A DNA stretch of 46,201 nt from Actinomycetota bacterium (GTDB lineage: Bacteria; Actinomycetota; UBA4738; HRBIN12): contig DASPWN010000292.1 of NCBI GenBank assembly GCA_035637835.1, forward strand, positions 1 through 46,201, in the 5' to 3' direction. Shown in pieces: positions 46,087-46,201 of the stretch (within the stretch, counting starts at the first letter, position 1; every line of letters starts with the position of its first letter). A program made the position numbers and the translations under genes. Below the pieces are notes generated by a model. The model made no database searches and was not told where the DNA came from. It saw only the letters and a list, made by a program, of their open reading frames with translations.

Positions 46087-46201
46087 ATGCACCCGCTCGA
46101 GCGTCTGGTGAACCTCGTCGCGCTCCTGCTGGAGTCGCGACGTCCCCTCACCTTCGAGCAGATCCGGGCGAAGATGCCCGAAGGCTACGGGCAGGACGAC
46201 C
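46087..46201 (+). CDS. PafB/PafC-like HTH (WYL-type) transcriptional regulator, 5' fragment running off-window
   Basis: MHPLERLVNLVALLLESRRPLTFEQIRAKMPEGYGQDD matches the ERLVNL..ALL...R..T.E.IR N-terminal HTH of proteasome accessory factors B/C. Confidence 0.65.
   Translation, partial: MHPLERLVNLVALLLESRRPLTFEQIRAKMPEGYGQDD

Overview
Densely coding, high-GC (about 68-70% by eye) chromosomal segment. It is most likely from an actinobacterium, given the Pup-proteasome genes, frequent GTG/TTG starts, 4-bp start/stop overlaps and leaderless-type promoter geometry. I saw no transposase, integrase, CRISPR array, prophage block or recognisable defence genes. Gene order, left to right: (1) the 3' part of an ApgM-like phosphoglycerate mutase; (2) a five-gene Dpp/Opp-type peptide ABC importer; (3) secG and tRNA-Leu(GAG); (4) an OmpR/HisKA two-component pair followed by a PepSY protein and two secreted paralogs of unknown function; (5) a myo-inositol catabolic cluster, with a LacI-type repressor and iolD divergent from iolG-iolE-sugar ABC transporter-iolC, then iolB, and a readable promoter/operator region; (6) a stress-like group (Holin-X-like membrane protein, YihY/BrkB, Dps, membrane-anchored cNMP-binding protein); (7) an ATP-dependent DNA ligase divergent from an AlkA-like glycosylase; (8) an ABC-F protein; (9) an amidohydrolase, then a Rieske oxygenase, two stand-alone GcvT-fold paralogs and a MetV/MetF-like methylene-THF reductase pair; (10) an HtrA-like protease and trmI; (11) a very compact Pup-proteasome locus (arc/mpa, dop, pup, prcB, prcA, pafA), followed by an unlisted 45-codon membrane ORF, a DUF3866-like gene on the opposite strand and the 5' end of a PafB/PafC-like regulator. 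The best candidate for something not yet described is the Rieske/GcvT-fold/MetVF cassette (30988-36120). Its substrate is unknown, and a recurring TTGAAC-N4-RTTCAA palindrome precedes two of its genes with no cognate regulator in the cassette. The other findings are smaller: an unannotated small ORF, a DUF3866 insertion in the paf region, an antisense HExxH gene inside the iol cluster, a repeated TTAGACT box, and leaderless promoter geometry. All family assignments rest on motif recognition by eye; no searches were run.
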